Positions 10,292-21,569 are shown, numbered from the stretch's first letter. The stretch: 64,000 bases of DNA from Oscillospiraceae bacterium (GCA_020025305.1 JAHHSG010000003.1:45367-109366); one strand, 5' to 3'. Program-made: numbers and translations. The notes: generated by a model from the sequence alone, not told the origin.

Positions 10292-11575
10292 TTATTCCAG
10301 GAAGCCCTTATACTGACGCATCAGCATCTGGGATTCCAAAGCCTGGACAGTCTCCAGTGCCACACCGACAACGATGATAACAGAGGTGCCGCCGATGGAC
10401 AGAGCGGGATTGCCGACGATCTTACCAATGAGCAGGGGCAGAATTGCCACGATACCCAGATAGATCGCGCCAAACAATGTTATTTTATTGAGCACCTTCT
10501 TGATGAAATCTGCGGTGGGTTTACCGGGGCGGAAGCCGGGGATGAAGCCACCGTTCTTCTTCAAGTTATTGGAAATCTCAACAGGGTTAAACTGGATGGT
10601 AGAGTAGAAGTAACTAAAGCCGATGATCATCAGGAAATAGAAAATCATGTAGAGCACCGACTTGGTGTCGATGGCCTGCAGGAAACTATACCAGAACGTG
10701 CCCTTCTCCGGAGCCTTCATGAAAGCTGCGATGGTGGAGGGGATCATGGCGATAGACTGTGCAAAGATGACGGGCAAAACACCGGACATATTCACCTTCA
10801 TGGGAAGGGTGGAAGACTGGCCGCCGTACATCTTGCGTCCCACCTGCCGCTTGGCATACTGCACGGGAATCCGGCGCTCGGCATTGTTCACAAAAGTAAC
10901 CAGTACAATCAGTGCTACAATGCCTACCACAACCAGAAGAGCCATCCACCAAGCCATTGTGCCGCTGACAATGGAGCTGTACATGGTGGAAATCATGCTG
11001 GGCACGCGGGAGAGAATGCCTGCAAACAGGATCATGGAGATACCGTTGCCGACACCGAATTCGGTGATCTGCTCACCCATCCACATAACGAAGGAGGAGC
11101 CGGCTACGAAGGACACGATAATCACCAGTGCAACCCAGATGGACTGCTGGTTCAGGATACCGTAGTTCTTCATCAGCATATAATAGCCCCAGCCCTGCAG
11201 CACGGCAATGCCGATGGTAGTATAACGGGTGATACTCTGGATCTTCTTCTTGCCCTCTTCGCCGCCATCACGAGCCAACCGCTCCAGTGCCGGAATGGCA
11301 ATGGTCAGCAGCTGAATAATGATGGAGCTGTTGATATAGGGCTGTACGCCCAGGGCGAAGATGGTCGCCTGCGCAAAAGCGCCGCCGGACATCACGTTAT
11401 AGAGGCCAAGCACGGTGGTGCTCAACTGATCCAGATACGTTTCCAAGGCTACCACGTTCACATAGGGAACAGGGATCGCATTACCAATGCGGAAGATGAG
11501 AAGGATCAGAGCGGTGAAGATGATTTTCTTGCGAAGTTCGGGGATTCCCCAAGCTTTACGAATCGTCTGAATCAC
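10292..11575 (-). CDS. secY: Preprotein translocase SecY
   Basis: [37 protein letters not shown]. Confidence 0.98.
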   Translation of the reverse strand: MIQTIRKAWGIPELRKKIIFTALILLIFRIGNAIPVPYVNVVALETYLDQLSTTVLGLYNVMSGGAFAQATIFALGVQPYINSSIIIQLLTIAIPALERLARDGGEEGKKKIQSITRYTTIGIAVLQGWGYYMLMKNYGILNQQSIWVALVIIVSFVAGSSFVMWMGEQITEFGVGNGISMILFAGILSRVPSMISTMYSSIVSGTMAWWMALLVVVGIVALIVLVTFVNNAERRIPVQYAKRQVGRKMYGGQSSTLPMKVNMSGVLPVIFAQSIAMIPSTIAAFMKAPEKGTFWYSFLQAIDTKSVLYMIFYFLMIIGFSYFYSTIQFNPVEISNNLKKNGGFIPGFRPGKPTADFIKKVLNKITLFGAIYLGIVAILPLLIGKIVGNPALSIGGTSVIIVVGVALETVQALESQMLMRQYKGFLE

Positions 11576-11576
11576 C

Positions 11577-12017
11577 TTAGATCACCTCTGCCTTTCCACC
11601 AGCTGCTTCGATAGCTTCCTTAGCAGCCTGGGAGAAAGCAGCGGCCTGTACGGTCACCTTCTTGGTCACGTTGCCGTTGCCAAGAACTTTGTAGCCATAC
11701 TCACACTTGCTCAGGATACCCTTTGCCAGCAGAGCCTCTGCGGTGACAGTCTCGCCATCCTCAAAACGATTGAGGGCGGACAGGTTGATGATTTCCAGGG
11801 GTTTTGCAAAAATGTTGTTGAAACCGCGCTTGGGGATGCGGCGTGCCAGAGGCATCTGGCCGCCTTCGAAGCCGATGCGGGTGCCGCCGCCGGAGCGGGC
11901 GTGCTGACCCTTGTGGCCGCGACCTGCGGTCTTACCATTGCCGGAGCCGTGACCGCGGCCCTTGCGGTAGGCTTCCTTGGTGGAGCCAACTGCGGGAGAC
12001 AGTTCATTCAGTTTCAT
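11577..12017 (-). CDS. rplO: 50S ribosomal protein L15
   Basis: [37 protein letters not shown]. Confidence 0.98.
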   Translation of the reverse strand: MKLNELSPAVGSTKEAYRKGRGHGSGNGKTAGRGHKGQHARSGGGTRIGFEGGQMPLARRIPKRGFNNIFAKPLEIINLSALNRFEDGETVTAEALLAKGILSKCEYGYKVLGNGNVTKKVTVQAAAFSQAAKEAIEAAGGKAEVI

Positions 12018-12031
12018 TCTCTCGCACCTCC

Positions 12032-12214
12032 TTATTCTACTTCGGTGACCTGGAGCAGATAACCGATCTTAGCGATCTTGCCCTGGGTCTGAGCATTGTT
12101 GGGCTGCACGGTGACATCACCGATCTTGCGCAGGCCCATGGACTTGGCAGTTGCGATATGCTTTTCCAGTCTGCCGTTAAGGCTCTTGACGAGCTTGATG
12201 TTCAGATTTGCCAT
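12032..12214 (-). CDS. rpmD: 50S ribosomal protein L30
   Basis: 60 aa, IKLVKS...MGLRKIG; lies between rpsE and rplO. Confidence 0.95.
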   Translation of the reverse strand: MANLNIKLVKSLNGRLEKHIATAKSMGLRKIGDVTVQPNNAQTQGKIAKIGYLLQVTEVE

Positions 12215-12229
12215 ATTCGCTTGCCCTCC

Positions 12230-12730
12230 TTAACCGACGATCTCTTCCACGCTCTTGCCGCGGACGCGAGCAACCTCTTCCGGGGTGCGCAGAGACTTCA
12301 AACCTTCGAAGGTAGCAGCCACCACATTGACAGCGGTGTTGGAACGCATGCACTTGGTACGGATATCCTTGATACCAGCGGCTTCCATGATGATACGCAC
12401 AGGACCGCCGGCGATCACGCCGGTACCGGGGGCAGCGGGCTTCATCAGCACGCGGCCGGCGCCAGCCTCACCGATCACCTCGTGGGGAATGGTGCTGCCG
12501 GACAGGGAAACGGTGATCATGTTCTTCTTGGCATCCTCAATACCCTTGCGGATTGCCTCGGGAACTTCAGCGGCCTTGCCCATGCCGAAACCGACACGGC
12601 CCTTGCCGTCGCCAACCACCATCAGAGCGGAGAACTTCATGACGCGGCCGCCCTTAACCGTCTTGGATACACGGTTGGTATATACAACTTTTTCGATGAA
12701 CTCGCTGGGTTCTCTTTCAAATCTTGCCAT
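12230..12730 (-). CDS. rpsE: 30S ribosomal protein S5
   Basis: [19 protein letters not shown]. Confidence 0.98.
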   Translation of the reverse strand: MARFEREPSEFIEKVVYTNRVSKTVKGGRVMKFSALMVVGDGKGRVGFGMGKAAEVPEAIRKGIEDAKKNMITVSLSGSTIPHEVIGEAGAGRVLMKPAAPGTGVIAGGPVRIIMEAAGIKDIRTKCMRSNTAVNVVAATFEGLKSLRTPEEVARVRGKSVEEIVG

Positions 12731-12750
12731 TTGTCAGTGTTCCTCCTCTC

Positions 12751-13110
12751 TTAGAATTCCAGGCCGCCCTCACGGGCGCCTTCGGCCAGCTCAGCTACGC
12801 GGCCGTGGTACACATAACCGCCGCGGTCAAACACCACGGTGTCGATGCCCTTGGCCTTGCAGCGCTCGGCAACCAGCTTGCCTACAGCACGGGCTGCAGC
12901 CTTGTTGCCACCGTTGCCCTCGATCTCCTTATCCAGAGAGGAAGCGGAAACCAGGGTGTTGCCGGCCACATCATCGATGACCTGGGCGTAGATGTTCTTC
13001 TCGCTGCGGAATACATTCAAACGGGGACGCTCGGGAGTGCCGGACAGCTTGGCGCGGACTCTCTTATGGCGCTTCAGGCGCTGAGCGTTCGTATCGGGTC
13101 TTTTAATCAT
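12751..13110 (-). CDS. rplR: 50S ribosomal protein L18
   Basis: [22 protein letters not shown]. Confidence 0.98.
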   Translation of the reverse strand: MIKRPDTNAQRLKRHKRVRAKLSGTPERPRLNVFRSEKNIYAQVIDDVAGNTLVSASSLDKEIEGNGGNKAAARAVGKLVAERCKAKGIDTVVFDRGGYVYHGRVAELAEGAREGGLEF

Positions 13111-13124
13111 ATCGGCACACCTCC

Positions 13125-13670
13125 TTACTTCTTAGCGCCAGTCTTACCAACCTTGCGGCGGATGACTTCATCAACATACTTAATGCCCTTACCCTTATAA
13201 GGCTCGGGAGGACGCTTCTCGCGGACCTCGGCCGCAAACTGGCCGACCATCTGCTTATCTGTACCGGAGATGACGATCTTATTAGGACCGGGGACATCAA
13301 TGGTAATGCCATCCACCTCGGGAACGATGACCTGATGAGAGAAACCGATGTTCATCACCAGATTCTTGCCCTCCTTGGCGACACGGAAGCCGACACCGTT
13401 CACTTCCAGCTCCTTCTTGAAGCCTTCGCTAACACCCACAACCATGTTGTTTAACAGAGCGCGGGTCATGCCATGCAGAGCGCGGTGCTCTTTGTCGTCA
13501 CTGGGACGCTTTACCAGGATGGTGTTGCCCTCCTGCTCAATCAGCATTTCGGGATTCAGGTTTTTCACCAGAGTGCCCTTGGGGCCCTTGACGGTAACCA
13601 CATTGCCGGCGGCCACATTGACCTCAACACCGGCGGGAACGGTAATGGGCATTCTACCAATTCTAGACAT
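13125..13670 (-). CDS. rplF: 50S ribosomal protein L6
   Basis: [20 protein letters not shown]. Confidence 0.98.
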   Translation of the reverse strand: MSRIGRMPITVPAGVEVNVAAGNVVTVKGPKGTLVKNLNPEMLIEQEGNTILVKRPSDDKEHRALHGMTRALLNNMVVGVSEGFKKELEVNGVGFRVAKEGKNLVMNIGFSHQVIVPEVDGITIDVPGPNKIVISGTDKQMVGQFAAEVREKRPPEPYKGKGIKYVDEVIRRKVGKTGAKK

Positions 13671-13685
13671 TGTTCAATACCCTCC

Positions 13686-14084
13686 TTACCACACAAATGC
13701 CAGGACTTCGCCGCCGACGTGAGCTGCGCGAGCAGCCTTATCGGTCATGACGCCCTTGGACGTAGAGATGATTGCGATGCCGAGACCGCGCAGCACGCGG
13801 GGCAGCTCGTCAGCGCCGACATAGACGCGCAGACCGGGCTTGGACACGCGGCGCAGGCCGGAGATGACCTTCTCCTTGCCGGCGTTGTACTTCAGGGTGA
13901 TGTGGATCATACCCTGAGGGCCGTCGTCCAGCACCTGGAAGGACTTGATATAGCCCTCATCCAGCAGGATCTGAGCAATGCTCTTCTTCATGTTGGAAGC
14001 GGGAACGTCGACGGTCTCATGCTTTGCATTGTTTGCGTTGCGGATACGGGTCAGCATATCAGCAACAGGGTCAGTGATGTGCAT
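13686..14084 (-). CDS. rpsH: 30S ribosomal protein S8
   Basis: [30 protein letters not shown]. Confidence 0.98.
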   Translation of the reverse strand: MHITDPVADMLTRIRNANNAKHETVDVPASNMKKSIAQILLDEGYIKSFQVLDDGPQGMIHITLKYNAGKEKVISGLRRVSKPGLRVYVGADELPRVLRGLGIAIISTSKGVMTDKAARAAHVGGEVLAFVW

Positions 14085-14109
14085 TTAAATATCCTCCTAA
14101 TTTAGAGTT

Positions 14110-14200
14110 ACGGTCGTCTGACCGTTGAGGCAGCGAGGTATCACTGATAATTTACTGCACCGTCCGTCGGGTCGGTGTCTAATTACCAGTGACCTTTCGC
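14110..14200 (-). ncRNA. Candidate S8-binding ribosomal leader (16S helix-21 mimic) upstream of rpsH
   Basis: 68-nt hairpin (14133-14200) with core AGGUCA/UGAUACC, followed by a small ACGGUC-AGAC-GACCGU hairpin before the RBS. Confidence 0.55.
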
Positions 14201-14269
14201 CATCCTTTTATACACAGGAGCTTTGGCCCCTATTGTATCGTACGTTGTAACCCTTGCGGGTCGGGTGAT

Positions 14270-14455
14270 TTACCAGGAAGCCTTGCGGACACCGGGGATC
14301 TCGCCCTTGTAAGCCAGAGTGCGGAAGCACACACGGCACACGCCATAGTCACGCAGGTAAGCGTGGGGACGGCCGCAGAGCTTGCAGCGGTTGTACTTAC
14401 GGGTGGAGAACTTAGCGGGAGCCTGCTGCTTCAGAATCATAGACTTCTTTGCCAT
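14270..14455 (-). CDS. rpsN: 30S ribosomal protein S14 type Z (Zn-binding, 61 aa)
   Basis: CKLC...[12 protein letters not shown]; start set at MAKK after AAGGAG. Confidence 0.97.
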   Translation of the reverse strand: MAKKSMILKQQAPAKFSTRKYNRCKLCGRPHAYLRDYGVCRVCFRTLAYKGEIPGVRKASW

Positions 14456-14471
14456 TGTTTTCTCCTTTTCC

Positions 14472-15011
14472 TTAGCGCTCGAAGGGAGCACCGACCAGGG
14501 TCAGCAGCTCGCGGGCTTCTTCATCGGTCTTAGCGGTGGTGCAGATAACCACGTCCATACCACGGATCTTGTCGATCTTATCGTAGTCGATTTCGGGGAA
14601 GATCAGCTGCTCCTTCAGACCCAGAGCATAGTTGCCGCGGCCGTCGAAGGCGTTGGCGCTGATGCCGCGGAAGTCACGAACACGGGGCAGAGCCACGTTG
14701 AACAGACGATCCAGGAACTCCCACATCTTCTCGCCGCGCAGAGTGACCTTTGCACCAACGGGCATGCCCTCACGCAGCTTGAAGTTAGCCACGGACTTCT
14801 TGGCCACGGTGATCTGAGCCTTCTGGCCGGTGATGGCACTCAGATCTTTCACCACGGCGTCCAGCACCTTGGCATTCTCACGAGCCTCGCCGCAGCCCAC
14901 ATTCACGACAACCTTGTCGATCTTGGGGATCTGCATGACGCTCTTGTAGCCGAACTTCTTAAAGAGAGCAGGAGCTACTTCCTCGGTATACTTTACTTTC
15001 AGTCTAGCCAT
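14472..15011 (-). CDS. rplE: 50S ribosomal protein L5
   Basis: [24 protein letters not shown]. Confidence 0.98.
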   Translation of the reverse strand: MARLKVKYTEEVAPALFKKFGYKSVMQIPKIDKVVVNVGCGEARENAKVLDAVVKDLSAITGQKAQITVAKKSVANFKLREGMPVGAKVTLRGEKMWEFLDRLFNVALPRVRDFRGISANAFDGRGNYALGLKEQLIFPEIDYDKIDKIRGMDVVICTTAKTDEEARELLTLVGAPFER

Positions 15012-15027
15012 GTTCTACTCTCCTTTC

Positions 15028-15342
15028 TTAAAGAGCGGCGCCGCACTTCTTGCAAATGCGGGTCTTCTTGCCGTCTTCGATCTTATAGGCAATCCGAGTG
15101 CCCTTGCCGCACTTGGGGCAGACAACCTGCACCTTGCTGGCATACAGAGCAGCCTCGCGCTTGACGATGCCGCCCTCCTCGCCCTGACGGCGGGGCTTGA
15201 CGTGGCAGGTCACCATGTTGACGCCTTCCACCACCACCTTGGCTTCGCTGGGGATGGTGCCCAGCACCTTACCCTGCTTGCCCTTGTCCTTGCCGGACAG
15301 AACGACGACAGTGTCGTTCTTCTTGATCTTCAGATTATTCAT
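15028..15342 (-). CDS. rplX: 50S ribosomal protein L24
   Basis: KKNDTVVVLSGKDKGKQG; start set at MNNL after GGAGG. Confidence 0.97.
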   Translation of the reverse strand: MNNLKIKKNDTVVVLSGKDKGKQGKVLGTIPSEAKVVVEGVNMVTCHVKPRRQGEEGGIVKREAALYASKVQVVCPKCGKGTRIAYKIEDGKKTRICKKCGAAL

Positions 15343-15356
15343 TCTCCGGCCCTCCA

Positions 15357-15725
15357 TCAAATAACTTCGGGAGCCAGGGACAGGATCTTCATGTAATCCT
15401 TGTCGCGCAGCTCACGAGCAACGGGCCCAAAGATACGGGTACCTCTGGGGTTATGGTCATCCTTGATCAGAACGGCAGCGTTGTCATCGAAACGAACATA
15501 GGTACCGTCTGCACGGCGAACACCCTTGGCGCTGCGGACGATAACAGCCTTAACCACTTCGCCCTTCTTCACCTGGCCGCCGGGAGCGGACTTACGCACG
15601 GAAGCCACGATCACATCACCGATGTTACCGTACTTACGGCTGGAACCGCCCAGAACGCGGATGCACTTAATTTCCTTGGCGCCGGTATTATCGGCAACCT
15701 TCAGATAAGACTCTTGCTGAATCAT
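15357..15725 (-). CDS. rplN: 50S ribosomal protein L14
   Basis: [20 protein letters not shown]. Confidence 0.98.
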   Translation of the reverse strand: MIQQESYLKVADNTGAKEIKCIRVLGGSSRKYGNIGDVIVASVRKSAPGGQVKKGEVVKAVIVRSAKGVRRADGTYVRFDDNAAVLIKDDHNPRGTRIFGPVARELRDKDYMKILSLAPEVI

Positions 15726-15740
15726 ACTTGCGGCACCTCC

Positions 15741-16004
15741 TTACTTAGCCTTCTCAACGATCTCGACTACGCGCCATCTCTTGTCCTTGGACAGGGGGCG
15801 AGTCTCCATCACTTTTACGACGTCGCCTACGCCGCAGGTGTTCTGCTCATCGTGAGCCTTCAGCTTATAGGTACGGCCGACGATCTTCTTATACAGAGGA
15901 TGGGCCACGCGGTCCTCGATGGCCACGACCACGGTCTTGTCCATCTTGTCGGACACGACCTTACCCACTCTGGTCTTGCGGGAGGAAATTCTCTTCTCTT
16001 CCAT
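15741..16004 (-). CDS. rpsQ: 30S ribosomal protein S17
   Basis: [22 protein letters not shown]. Confidence 0.98.
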   Translation of the reverse strand: MEEKRISSRKTRVGKVVSDKMDKTVVVAIEDRVAHPLYKKIVGRTYKLKAHDEQNTCGVGDVVKVMETRPLSKDKRWRVVEIVEKAK

Positions 16005-16005
16005 T

Positions 16006-16197
16006 TTAGTTCTCCTCCTTTTCACGGATAACGGTCTTTACGCGGGCAATATCACGCTTGGTTTCAGCGATCTTGAGAGGATTGTCCAGCTGATTGGTTG
16101 CGTGCTGCATACGCAGGAAGAACAAATCCTTCTTCAGGGAGTCGAGCTTTTCATTGAGCTGCTCAACGCTCATTGCACGTACTTCAGTTGCCTTCAT
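16006..16197 (-). CDS. rpmC: 50S ribosomal protein L29
   Basis: [16 protein letters not shown]...DIARVKT; start may instead be GTG at 16206. Confidence 0.95.
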   Translation of the reverse strand: MKATEVRAMSVEQLNEKLDSLKKDLFFLRMQHATNQLDNPLKIAETKRDIARVKTVIREKEEN

Positions 16198-16198
16198 C

Positions 16199-16633
16199 TC
16201 ATTCACCTACTTCCTGGGCTTCGAGATCCTCGCGCTTGACGATCTTGGTCTTGATGGGCAGCTTGTGGCTGGCCAGACGCAGAGCCTCGCGAGCGACCTC
16301 TTCGGAAACACCGGCAATCTCAAACATGACACGGCCGGGCTTAACTACTGCAACCCAATACTCGGGGGAACCCTTACCGGAACCCATGCGGGTCTCAGCG
16401 GGCTTCTCAGTGATGGGCTTATCGGGGAAGATCTTGATCCAGACCTTACCGCCACGCTTGGTATAACGAGTCATGGCGATACGGGCGGCTTCGATCTGAT
16501 TGCTGGTGATCCATGCGGGCTCAACAGCAACGAGGCCAAAATCACCGTAAGTGACTGTGTTGCCTCTCGTGGCCTTACCGGTGAGGCGGCCACGGTGTAC
16601 TCTGCGGTACTTAACTCTCTTAGGCAGAAGCAT
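16199..16633 (-). CDS. rplP: 50S ribosomal protein L16
   Basis: [20 protein letters not shown]. Confidence 0.98.
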   Translation of the reverse strand: MLLPKRVKYRRVHRGRLTGKATRGNTVTYGDFGLVAVEPAWITSNQIEAARIAMTRYTKRGGKVWIKIFPDKPITEKPAETRMGSGKGSPEYWVAVVKPGRVMFEIAGVSEEVAREALRLASHKLPIKTKIVKREDLEAQEVGE

Positions 16634-17457
16634 TACTGAGCGCCTCCTTCTCTCTTATCTGCAGGCTTGCGGAAACCGCCCTGACGGGGGCCACGGTCAC
16701 GGTTGAAACCGTTCTGGCCATCGCGGCGGAAACCGCCACGGCGATCGCCGTCACGGCGGCCGCGGCGCTCACGGCGCTCCTGATAGGGCTTGCTGGTATC
16801 CAGGGTACGGGGGGTGGTACGCAGGGCCTGGCTGAGGATCTCGCCCTTGTACACCCAGACCTTCACGCCGATGCGGCCGAAGGTGGTAGCAGCCTCTGCA
16901 AAGCCGTAATCGATATCGGCACGCAGGGTCTGCAGAGGAATGGTACCGTCGTGATAGTGCTCGTTACCGGCAATCTCACGGCCGCCCAGACGACCGCTGC
17001 AGCTGACCTTGATGCCCTTGGCGCCGCTGCGCATAGCGCGGCCCATGGCATTCTTCATAGCGCGGCGGTGGGAGATACGCTTCTCCAGCTGAGCAGCGAT
17101 GTTCTCGGCCACCAGCTGCGCATCCATATCAGGGTTACGAACCTCGACGATGTTCAGCTTTACAGTCTTGCCGATCAGCTTCTCAACGCTCTTGCGATAC
17201 TCCTCGATCTGCACACCACCCTTACCGATGACAACACCGGGACGGGCCACATGCAGGTAAATGGTCACAACTTCGTTGCTGCGCTCAATCTCAATCTTAG
17301 AGACTCCGGCGGCATACAGAAGCTTCTTCAGATAAACGCGGATCTTGTGGTCTTCGACCAACAGATCGCCGACCTTCTCATTGCTGGCATACCAACGGGA
17401 ATCCCAGTCTTTGATGACGCCCACGCGCATGCCGTGGGGATTAACTTTCTGTCCCAT
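16633..17457 (-). CDS. rpsC: 30S ribosomal protein S3 with Arg/Gly-rich C-terminal tail
   Basis: [20 protein letters not shown]. Confidence 0.98.
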   Translation of the reverse strand: MGQKVNPHGMRVGVIKDWDSRWYASNEKVGDLLVEDHKIRVYLKKLLYAAGVSKIEIERSNEVVTIYLHVARPGVVIGKGGVQIEEYRKSVEKLIGKTVKLNIVEVRNPDMDAQLVAENIAAQLEKRISHRRAMKNAMGRAMRSGAKGIKVSCSGRLGGREIAGNEHYHDGTIPLQTLRADIDYGFAEAATTFGRIGVKVWVYKGEILSQALRTTPRTLDTSKPYQERRERRGRRDGDRRGGFRRDGQNGFNRDRGPRQGGFRKPADKREGGAQ

Positions 17458-17474
17458 AAAACTGTCTCCTCCCT

Positions 17475-17810
17475 TTAGTCTTTCTCAGCGACCGCCAGGG
17501 TCACGTGAGAAGTTCTCTTGTTAATGCGATAGGCACGGCCCTGGGCGCGGGGCATCATTCTCTTCAGAATGGGGCCGGGGGTGGCGAACACCTCGCTGAC
17601 TACCAGCTTCTCAACATCCATCTGGAAGTTGTTCTCAGCGTTAGCCACAGCGCTCTTCAAGAGCTTCATCAGGGGCTCAGAGGCAGCCTTGGGGGTCTGC
17701 ATCAGAATTGCCATTGCGGTCTGCACATCCTTGCCGCGGATCAGATCGCAAACGATCTGGATCTTACGGGGAGAGATGCGGACATATCTCAAATAAGCTT
17801 TAGCTTCCAT
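17475..17810 (-). CDS. rplV: 50S ribosomal protein L22
   Basis: RISPRK, PRAQGRA, KRTSHVT; alternative start at 17822. Confidence 0.96.
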   Translation of the reverse strand: MEAKAYLRYVRISPRKIQIVCDLIRGKDVQTAMAILMQTPKAASEPLMKLLKSAVANAENNFQMDVEKLVVSEVFATPGPILKRMMPRAQGRAYRINKRTSHVTLAVAEKD

Positions 17811-17830
17811 TGTATTCTGCATCCTCCTTC

Positions 17831-18094
17831 TTACTTAGACTTGGTGTGACCGCGGAAGGTACGAGTGGGAGCGAATTCGCCCAGCTTGTGACCCACCATG
17901 TCCTCCTGCACGTAGACAGGCACATGACGGCGGCCATCGTGAACTGCGATGGTGTGACCAACGAAAGAGGGGAAGATGGTGGAGCTGCGGCTCCAGGTCT
18001 TCAGCACGCTCTTCTCACCGGTCTTGTTCATTTCTTCAACCCGCTTGATGAGCTCAGGGGCAACATACGGGCCTTTTTTAACAGATCTGCTCAT
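17831..18094 (-). CDS. rpsS: 30S ribosomal protein S19
   Basis: [18 protein letters not shown]. Confidence 0.98.
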   Translation of the reverse strand: MSRSVKKGPYVAPELIKRVEEMNKTGEKSVLKTWSRSSTIFPSFVGHTIAVHDGRRHVPVYVQEDMVGHKLGEFAPTRTFRGHTKSK

Positions 18095-18108
18095 ATTAAC
18101 TTGCCTCC

Positions 18109-18945
18109 TTACTTCTCATTACGACGCTTGACAATAAACTTGTCAGTCTGGTTCTTCTTCTTACGAGTCTTGTAACCCAGAGCCGGCTTACCCCAGGGGG
18201 TAACAGGGCCGGGACGACCGACGGGGCTCTTGCCCTCACCACCGCCGTGGGGGTGATCGCAGGGGTTCATGACGCTACCGCGAACGGCAGGACGCCAACC
18301 CATGTGACGCTTACGGCCAGCCTTACCAAGCTGGATGTTCTCGTGCTCAATATTGCCGACCTGACCGATGCAGGCCTTGCAGTTAACACGGATGATGCGA
18401 ACCTCGCCGGAAGGCATACGGATCTGGGCCTTCTCGCCCTCCTTAGCCATCAGCTGAGCGAAAGCACCAGCGGAGCGAACCAGCTGAGCGCCCTTGCCGG
18501 GATGCATCTCAATGTTGTGGATCACGGTACCAACAGGAATGTTGGCCAGGGGCAGGCAGTTACCGGGCTTGATATCGGCAGCTGCGGAGGACAGAACCTT
18601 GTCGCCTGCCTTCAGGCCGACAGGAGCGATGATGTAACGCTTCTCGCCGTCCTCATACTGCACCAGAGCAATGTTGGCACTGCGGTTGGGATCGTACTCC
18701 AGACGCAGCACGGTGGCGCTCATGTCCATCTTGTCACGCTTGAAGTCGATGATACGATACTTGCGCTTCTCGCCGCCGCCGCGATGGCGGACGGTGATGC
18801 GGCCATAGCTGTTACGACCAGCGTTCTTCTTCAGAACCTCTACCAGGCTGGCTTCAGGCTTGGCATGCTTATCGATGCCGTCAAAGCCAGAAACGGTCAT
18901 GTGTCTGCGGGAAGGGGTGGTCGGCTTAAAAGTTTTAATAGACAT
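18109..18945 (-). CDS. rplB: 50S ribosomal protein L2
   Basis: [24 protein letters not shown]. Confidence 0.98.
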   Translation of the reverse strand: MSIKTFKPTTPSRRHMTVSGFDGIDKHAKPEASLVEVLKKNAGRNSYGRITVRHRGGGEKRKYRIIDFKRDKMDMSATVLRLEYDPNRSANIALVQYEDGEKRYIIAPVGLKAGDKVLSSAAADIKPGNCLPLANIPVGTVIHNIEMHPGKGAQLVRSAGAFAQLMAKEGEKAQIRMPSGEVRIIRVNCKACIGQVGNIEHENIQLGKAGRKRHMGWRPAVRGSVMNPCDHPHGGGEGKSPVGRPGPVTPWGKPALGYKTRKKKNQTDKFIVKRRNEK

Positions 18946-18966
18946 TCTCTTACACTCCTTCCGTTA

Positions 18967-19263
18967 TTAGACCATGCCTTCGAAGAATTCGATGGTCTTG
19001 GAATCCTCAGTCAGCTGGACATAAGCCTTCTTCCAGCTCTTGCGGCGGCCAGGACGAGCAGCACCCAGGCGCTTCATCTTACCATCATAGTTGATGGTGT
19101 TGACCTTGGCCACCTTTACGCCAAAGATTTCCTCGATGGCGTTCTTGATCTCAATCTTACCGGCGCTGGGAGCCACCTCAAAGACATACTTCTTCTCAGC
19201 GGTAGCAGCCATGGAACGCTCGGTGATGATGGGGCGGATAATGATGTCGTAAACGTTAGCCAT
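18967..19263 (-). CDS. rplW: 50S ribosomal protein L23
   Basis: [14 protein letters not shown]. Confidence 0.97.
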   Translation of the reverse strand: MANVYDIIIRPIITERSMAATAEKKYVFEVAPSAGKIEIKNAIEEIFGVKVAKVNTINYDGKMKRLGAARPGRRKSWKKAYVQLTEDSKTIEFFEGMV

Positions 19264-19886
19264 TATGCGAACACCTCCTCGATTACTGCGAGGGCTTCCT
19301 TATCCAGCACCAGATACTTAGCCTTCAGAATGTCATAGACGTTCAGCAGGTTAGCCATGCTGGTCTCCACGCCGGGAATATTGCGTGCGCTCTTGATGAC
19401 GATCTCGTCCTTGGCAGCGGTAGCTACCAGAGCCTTACCGTCGGCCTTAACGGCGCTCAGGAAAGCGCGGAAGTCCTTGGTCTTGATGCTGTCGAACTTA
19501 ATGGCGTCGACAACGATGATCTCGTTTGCAGCTGCCTTGGCAGACAGAACGGACTTCATCGCCAGTCTCTTCACCTTCTTATTCAGAACGTAAGAGTAGT
19601 CGCGGGGCTTGGGGGCAAAGACGATACCGCCGTGTACCCACTGGGGAGCACGGGTGCTGCCCTGACGGGCGTGGCCGGTACCCTTCTGACGCCAGGGCTT
19701 TCTGCCGCCGCCGGAGACCTCTGCACGGGTCAGAGCGCTCTGCGTGCCCTGTCTGCAGTTAGCCAGATGGTTTTTCACCACTTCGTGAACAACAGTCTTA
19801 TTGGGCTCAATGCCGAAGATGCTGTCCTTCAGTTCCACAGTACCGACTTCAGCGCCGGCCATGTTCAAAACTTTGATAGTAGACAT
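19263..19886 (-). CDS. rplD: 50S ribosomal protein L4
   Basis: [19 protein letters not shown]. Confidence 0.98.
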   Translation of the reverse strand: MSTIKVLNMAGAEVGTVELKDSIFGIEPNKTVVHEVVKNHLANCRQGTQSALTRAEVSGGGRKPWRQKGTGHARQGSTRAPQWVHGGIVFAPKPRDYSYVLNKKVKRLAMKSVLSAKAAANEIIVVDAIKFDSIKTKDFRAFLSAVKADGKALVATAAKDEIVIKSARNIPGVETSMANLLNVYDILKAKYLVLDKEALAVIEEVFA

Positions 19887-19903
19887 TTCAAGCACTCCTT
19901 TCC

Positions 19904-20620
19904 TTACTTATTACGGGCAGATGCCTTCTGGGGATTACGGCCGGAAGCCTTCTGCGGGTTGTTGCTGATGCCAGCGCCGGCATTCTTGACACGGTGGGTC
20001 TTGACGGTGCTCTTGATGACCACCATGCTGCCCTTGTGACCAGGGATAGCGCCGCGTACAGCAATGAGGTTCAGCTCGGGATCGACCTTCACGATATCCA
20101 GGTTCTGGATGGTGACCTGATCGCAGCCCATCTGGCCGGCACCGATCTTGCCCTTGAAGATACGGGCAGGGTCGATAACGCCCATGGAACCGGCGTGACG
20201 ATGCACAGGGCCGCCGCCGTGGCTCATGGGAGTACGGCCGGCGCCGTGGCGCTTCACAACGCCCTGATAACCGTGGCCCTTGCTGGTGCCGGTTACGTCT
20301 ACGAAGTCACCCTCATTGAAGGTGTCGGCCTTGATGATGTCGCCCACGTTCAGCTCTGCGGCGTTGTCCAGATCGAACTCGCGCAGATACTTCTTGGGAG
20401 CCACACCGGCCTTGTTCAGATGGCCCATCTCGGGCTTGGTCAGCTTACGCTCGGGGACATCCTCGTAGCCCAGCTGCACGGAAGCATAGCCTTCCTTTTC
20501 GACAGTCTTCTTCTGCACGACGACGCAGGGACCTGCTTCAATAACAGTCACAGGAATGACCTTGCCGTTCGCGTCGAAGATCTGAGACATGCCGACTTTC
20601 TTGCCGATAATCGCTTTCAT
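19904..20620 (-). CDS. rplC: 50S ribosomal protein L3 with repeat-containing C-terminal extension
   Basis: GKKVGMSQIF, GTSKGHGYQGVVKRHG. Confidence 0.98.
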   Translation of the reverse strand: MKAIIGKKVGMSQIFDANGKVIPVTVIEAGPCVVVQKKTVEKEGYASVQLGYEDVPERKLTKPEMGHLNKAGVAPKKYLREFDLDNAAELNVGDIIKADTFNEGDFVDVTGTSKGHGYQGVVKRHGAGRTPMSHGGGPVHRHAGSMGVIDPARIFKGKIGAGQMGCDQVTIQNLDIVKVDPELNLIAVRGAIPGHKGSMVVIKSTVKTHRVKNAGAGISNNPQKASGRNPQKASARNK

Positions 20621-20786
20621 GTATGATCCTCCTTAAAGGTTATTGGTCGGCATAGTTCATTCTGCATTGGGCGCAGAACGCTTGCTCTGCCGACGTGACC
20701 CTGTCCGCCTTAACGCAAGTCGGCGGACATTAGGGTTGCAAGCATTTTCATTGTGAGCTCGCGCTGTTATTATAGATGTATCTAAC

Positions 20787-21095
20787 TTACAGCTTGATCT
20801 CGATTTCCACACCGGCGGGCAGATCCAGAGCCATCAGGGCCTCGACCGTCTTGGGGGTGGAATTGGTGATGTCGATCAGTCTCTTGTGGGTGCGGCGCTC
20901 GAACTGCTCACGGCTGTCCTTATACTTGTGCGTTGCACGCAGGATGGTGACGACCTCTCTCTTGGTGGGCAGAGGAATGGGGCCGGACACGGTAGCGTTG
21001 GTACGCTTGGCGGTCTCCACGATCTTCTCTGCGCTCTGGTCGATGACCTGATGGTCATAGGCCTTCAGACGAATGCGAATCATTTCTTTTGCCAT
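20787..21095 (-). CDS. rpsJ: 30S ribosomal protein S10
   Basis: [16 protein letters not shown]. Confidence 0.98.
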   Translation of the reverse strand: MAKEMIRIRLKAYDHQVIDQSAEKIVETAKRTNATVSGPIPLPTKREVVTILRATHKYKDSREQFERRTHKRLIDITNSTPKTVEALMALDLPAGVEIEIKL

Positions 21096-21385
21096 TTGGT
21101 TTGTTCCTCCATTACTTTGTACGGTTTTCTTGTGCGAGCCAACTGCCGTACGGTGAAAAATTTCTTATACCCCGTTCCGTGCGTATCATTCAGACTCATA
21201 AGAAACACCGGCGGGCATAATCCGGCCGGTGCTCTTCTGGCGCAGCGATCTACGCTGACGTACAGAAATCTCTCAGCCGCCCGATGATCGGACATACTCC
21301 CCGAAAGTTACCGGCTCTCGCCGCAATCTCCCGGTTCATCGCATTTGTAAACGCCTCCGGGTGTACAACACCCTTCGCACGCGTA
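21096..21385 (-). ncRNA. Long structured 5' leader of rpsJ, probably the S10-Clostridia ribosomal leader
   Basis: About 290-nt UTR containing GCGAUGAACCGGGAGAUUGC...GUAACUUUCGGGGAGUAUGUC, resembling Firmicutes rpsJ leaders (from memory). Confidence 0.55.
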
Positions 21386-21392
21386 CCCATAT

Positions 21393-21421
21393 ATAATAAT
21401 CGACTTTCCTGCAGATGTCAA
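21393..21421 (-). promoter_or_regulatory. sigmaA promoter of the S10 operon
   Basis: TTGACA-17-TATTAT with an AT-rich upstream tract. Confidence 0.8.
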
Positions 21422-21569
21422 TAGGTTTTTCTCTGTTATTTACGAAAAAATATTTAAATTTTCAGCGGATCGCCAAGGGTGTTTCGTGCATATTGTCTCC
21501 CCCTCCGTCATAGCGGTTTTGGGGCGTTACACAGTCCCCCAGCCCTGCCTTTTTCCGCCTCGCCTGCGC

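Noticed and set aside
10013..11614. Long antisense ORFs, such as 533 aa opposite secY, 545 aa opposite argS and 552 aa opposite phoH
   Set aside because: These are shadow frames of GC3-biased conserved genes with no recognisable motifs.
16633..16830. Arg/Gly-rich tail of S3 as a novelty
   Set aside because: Low-complexity S3 C-terminal extensions are widespread in bacteria.
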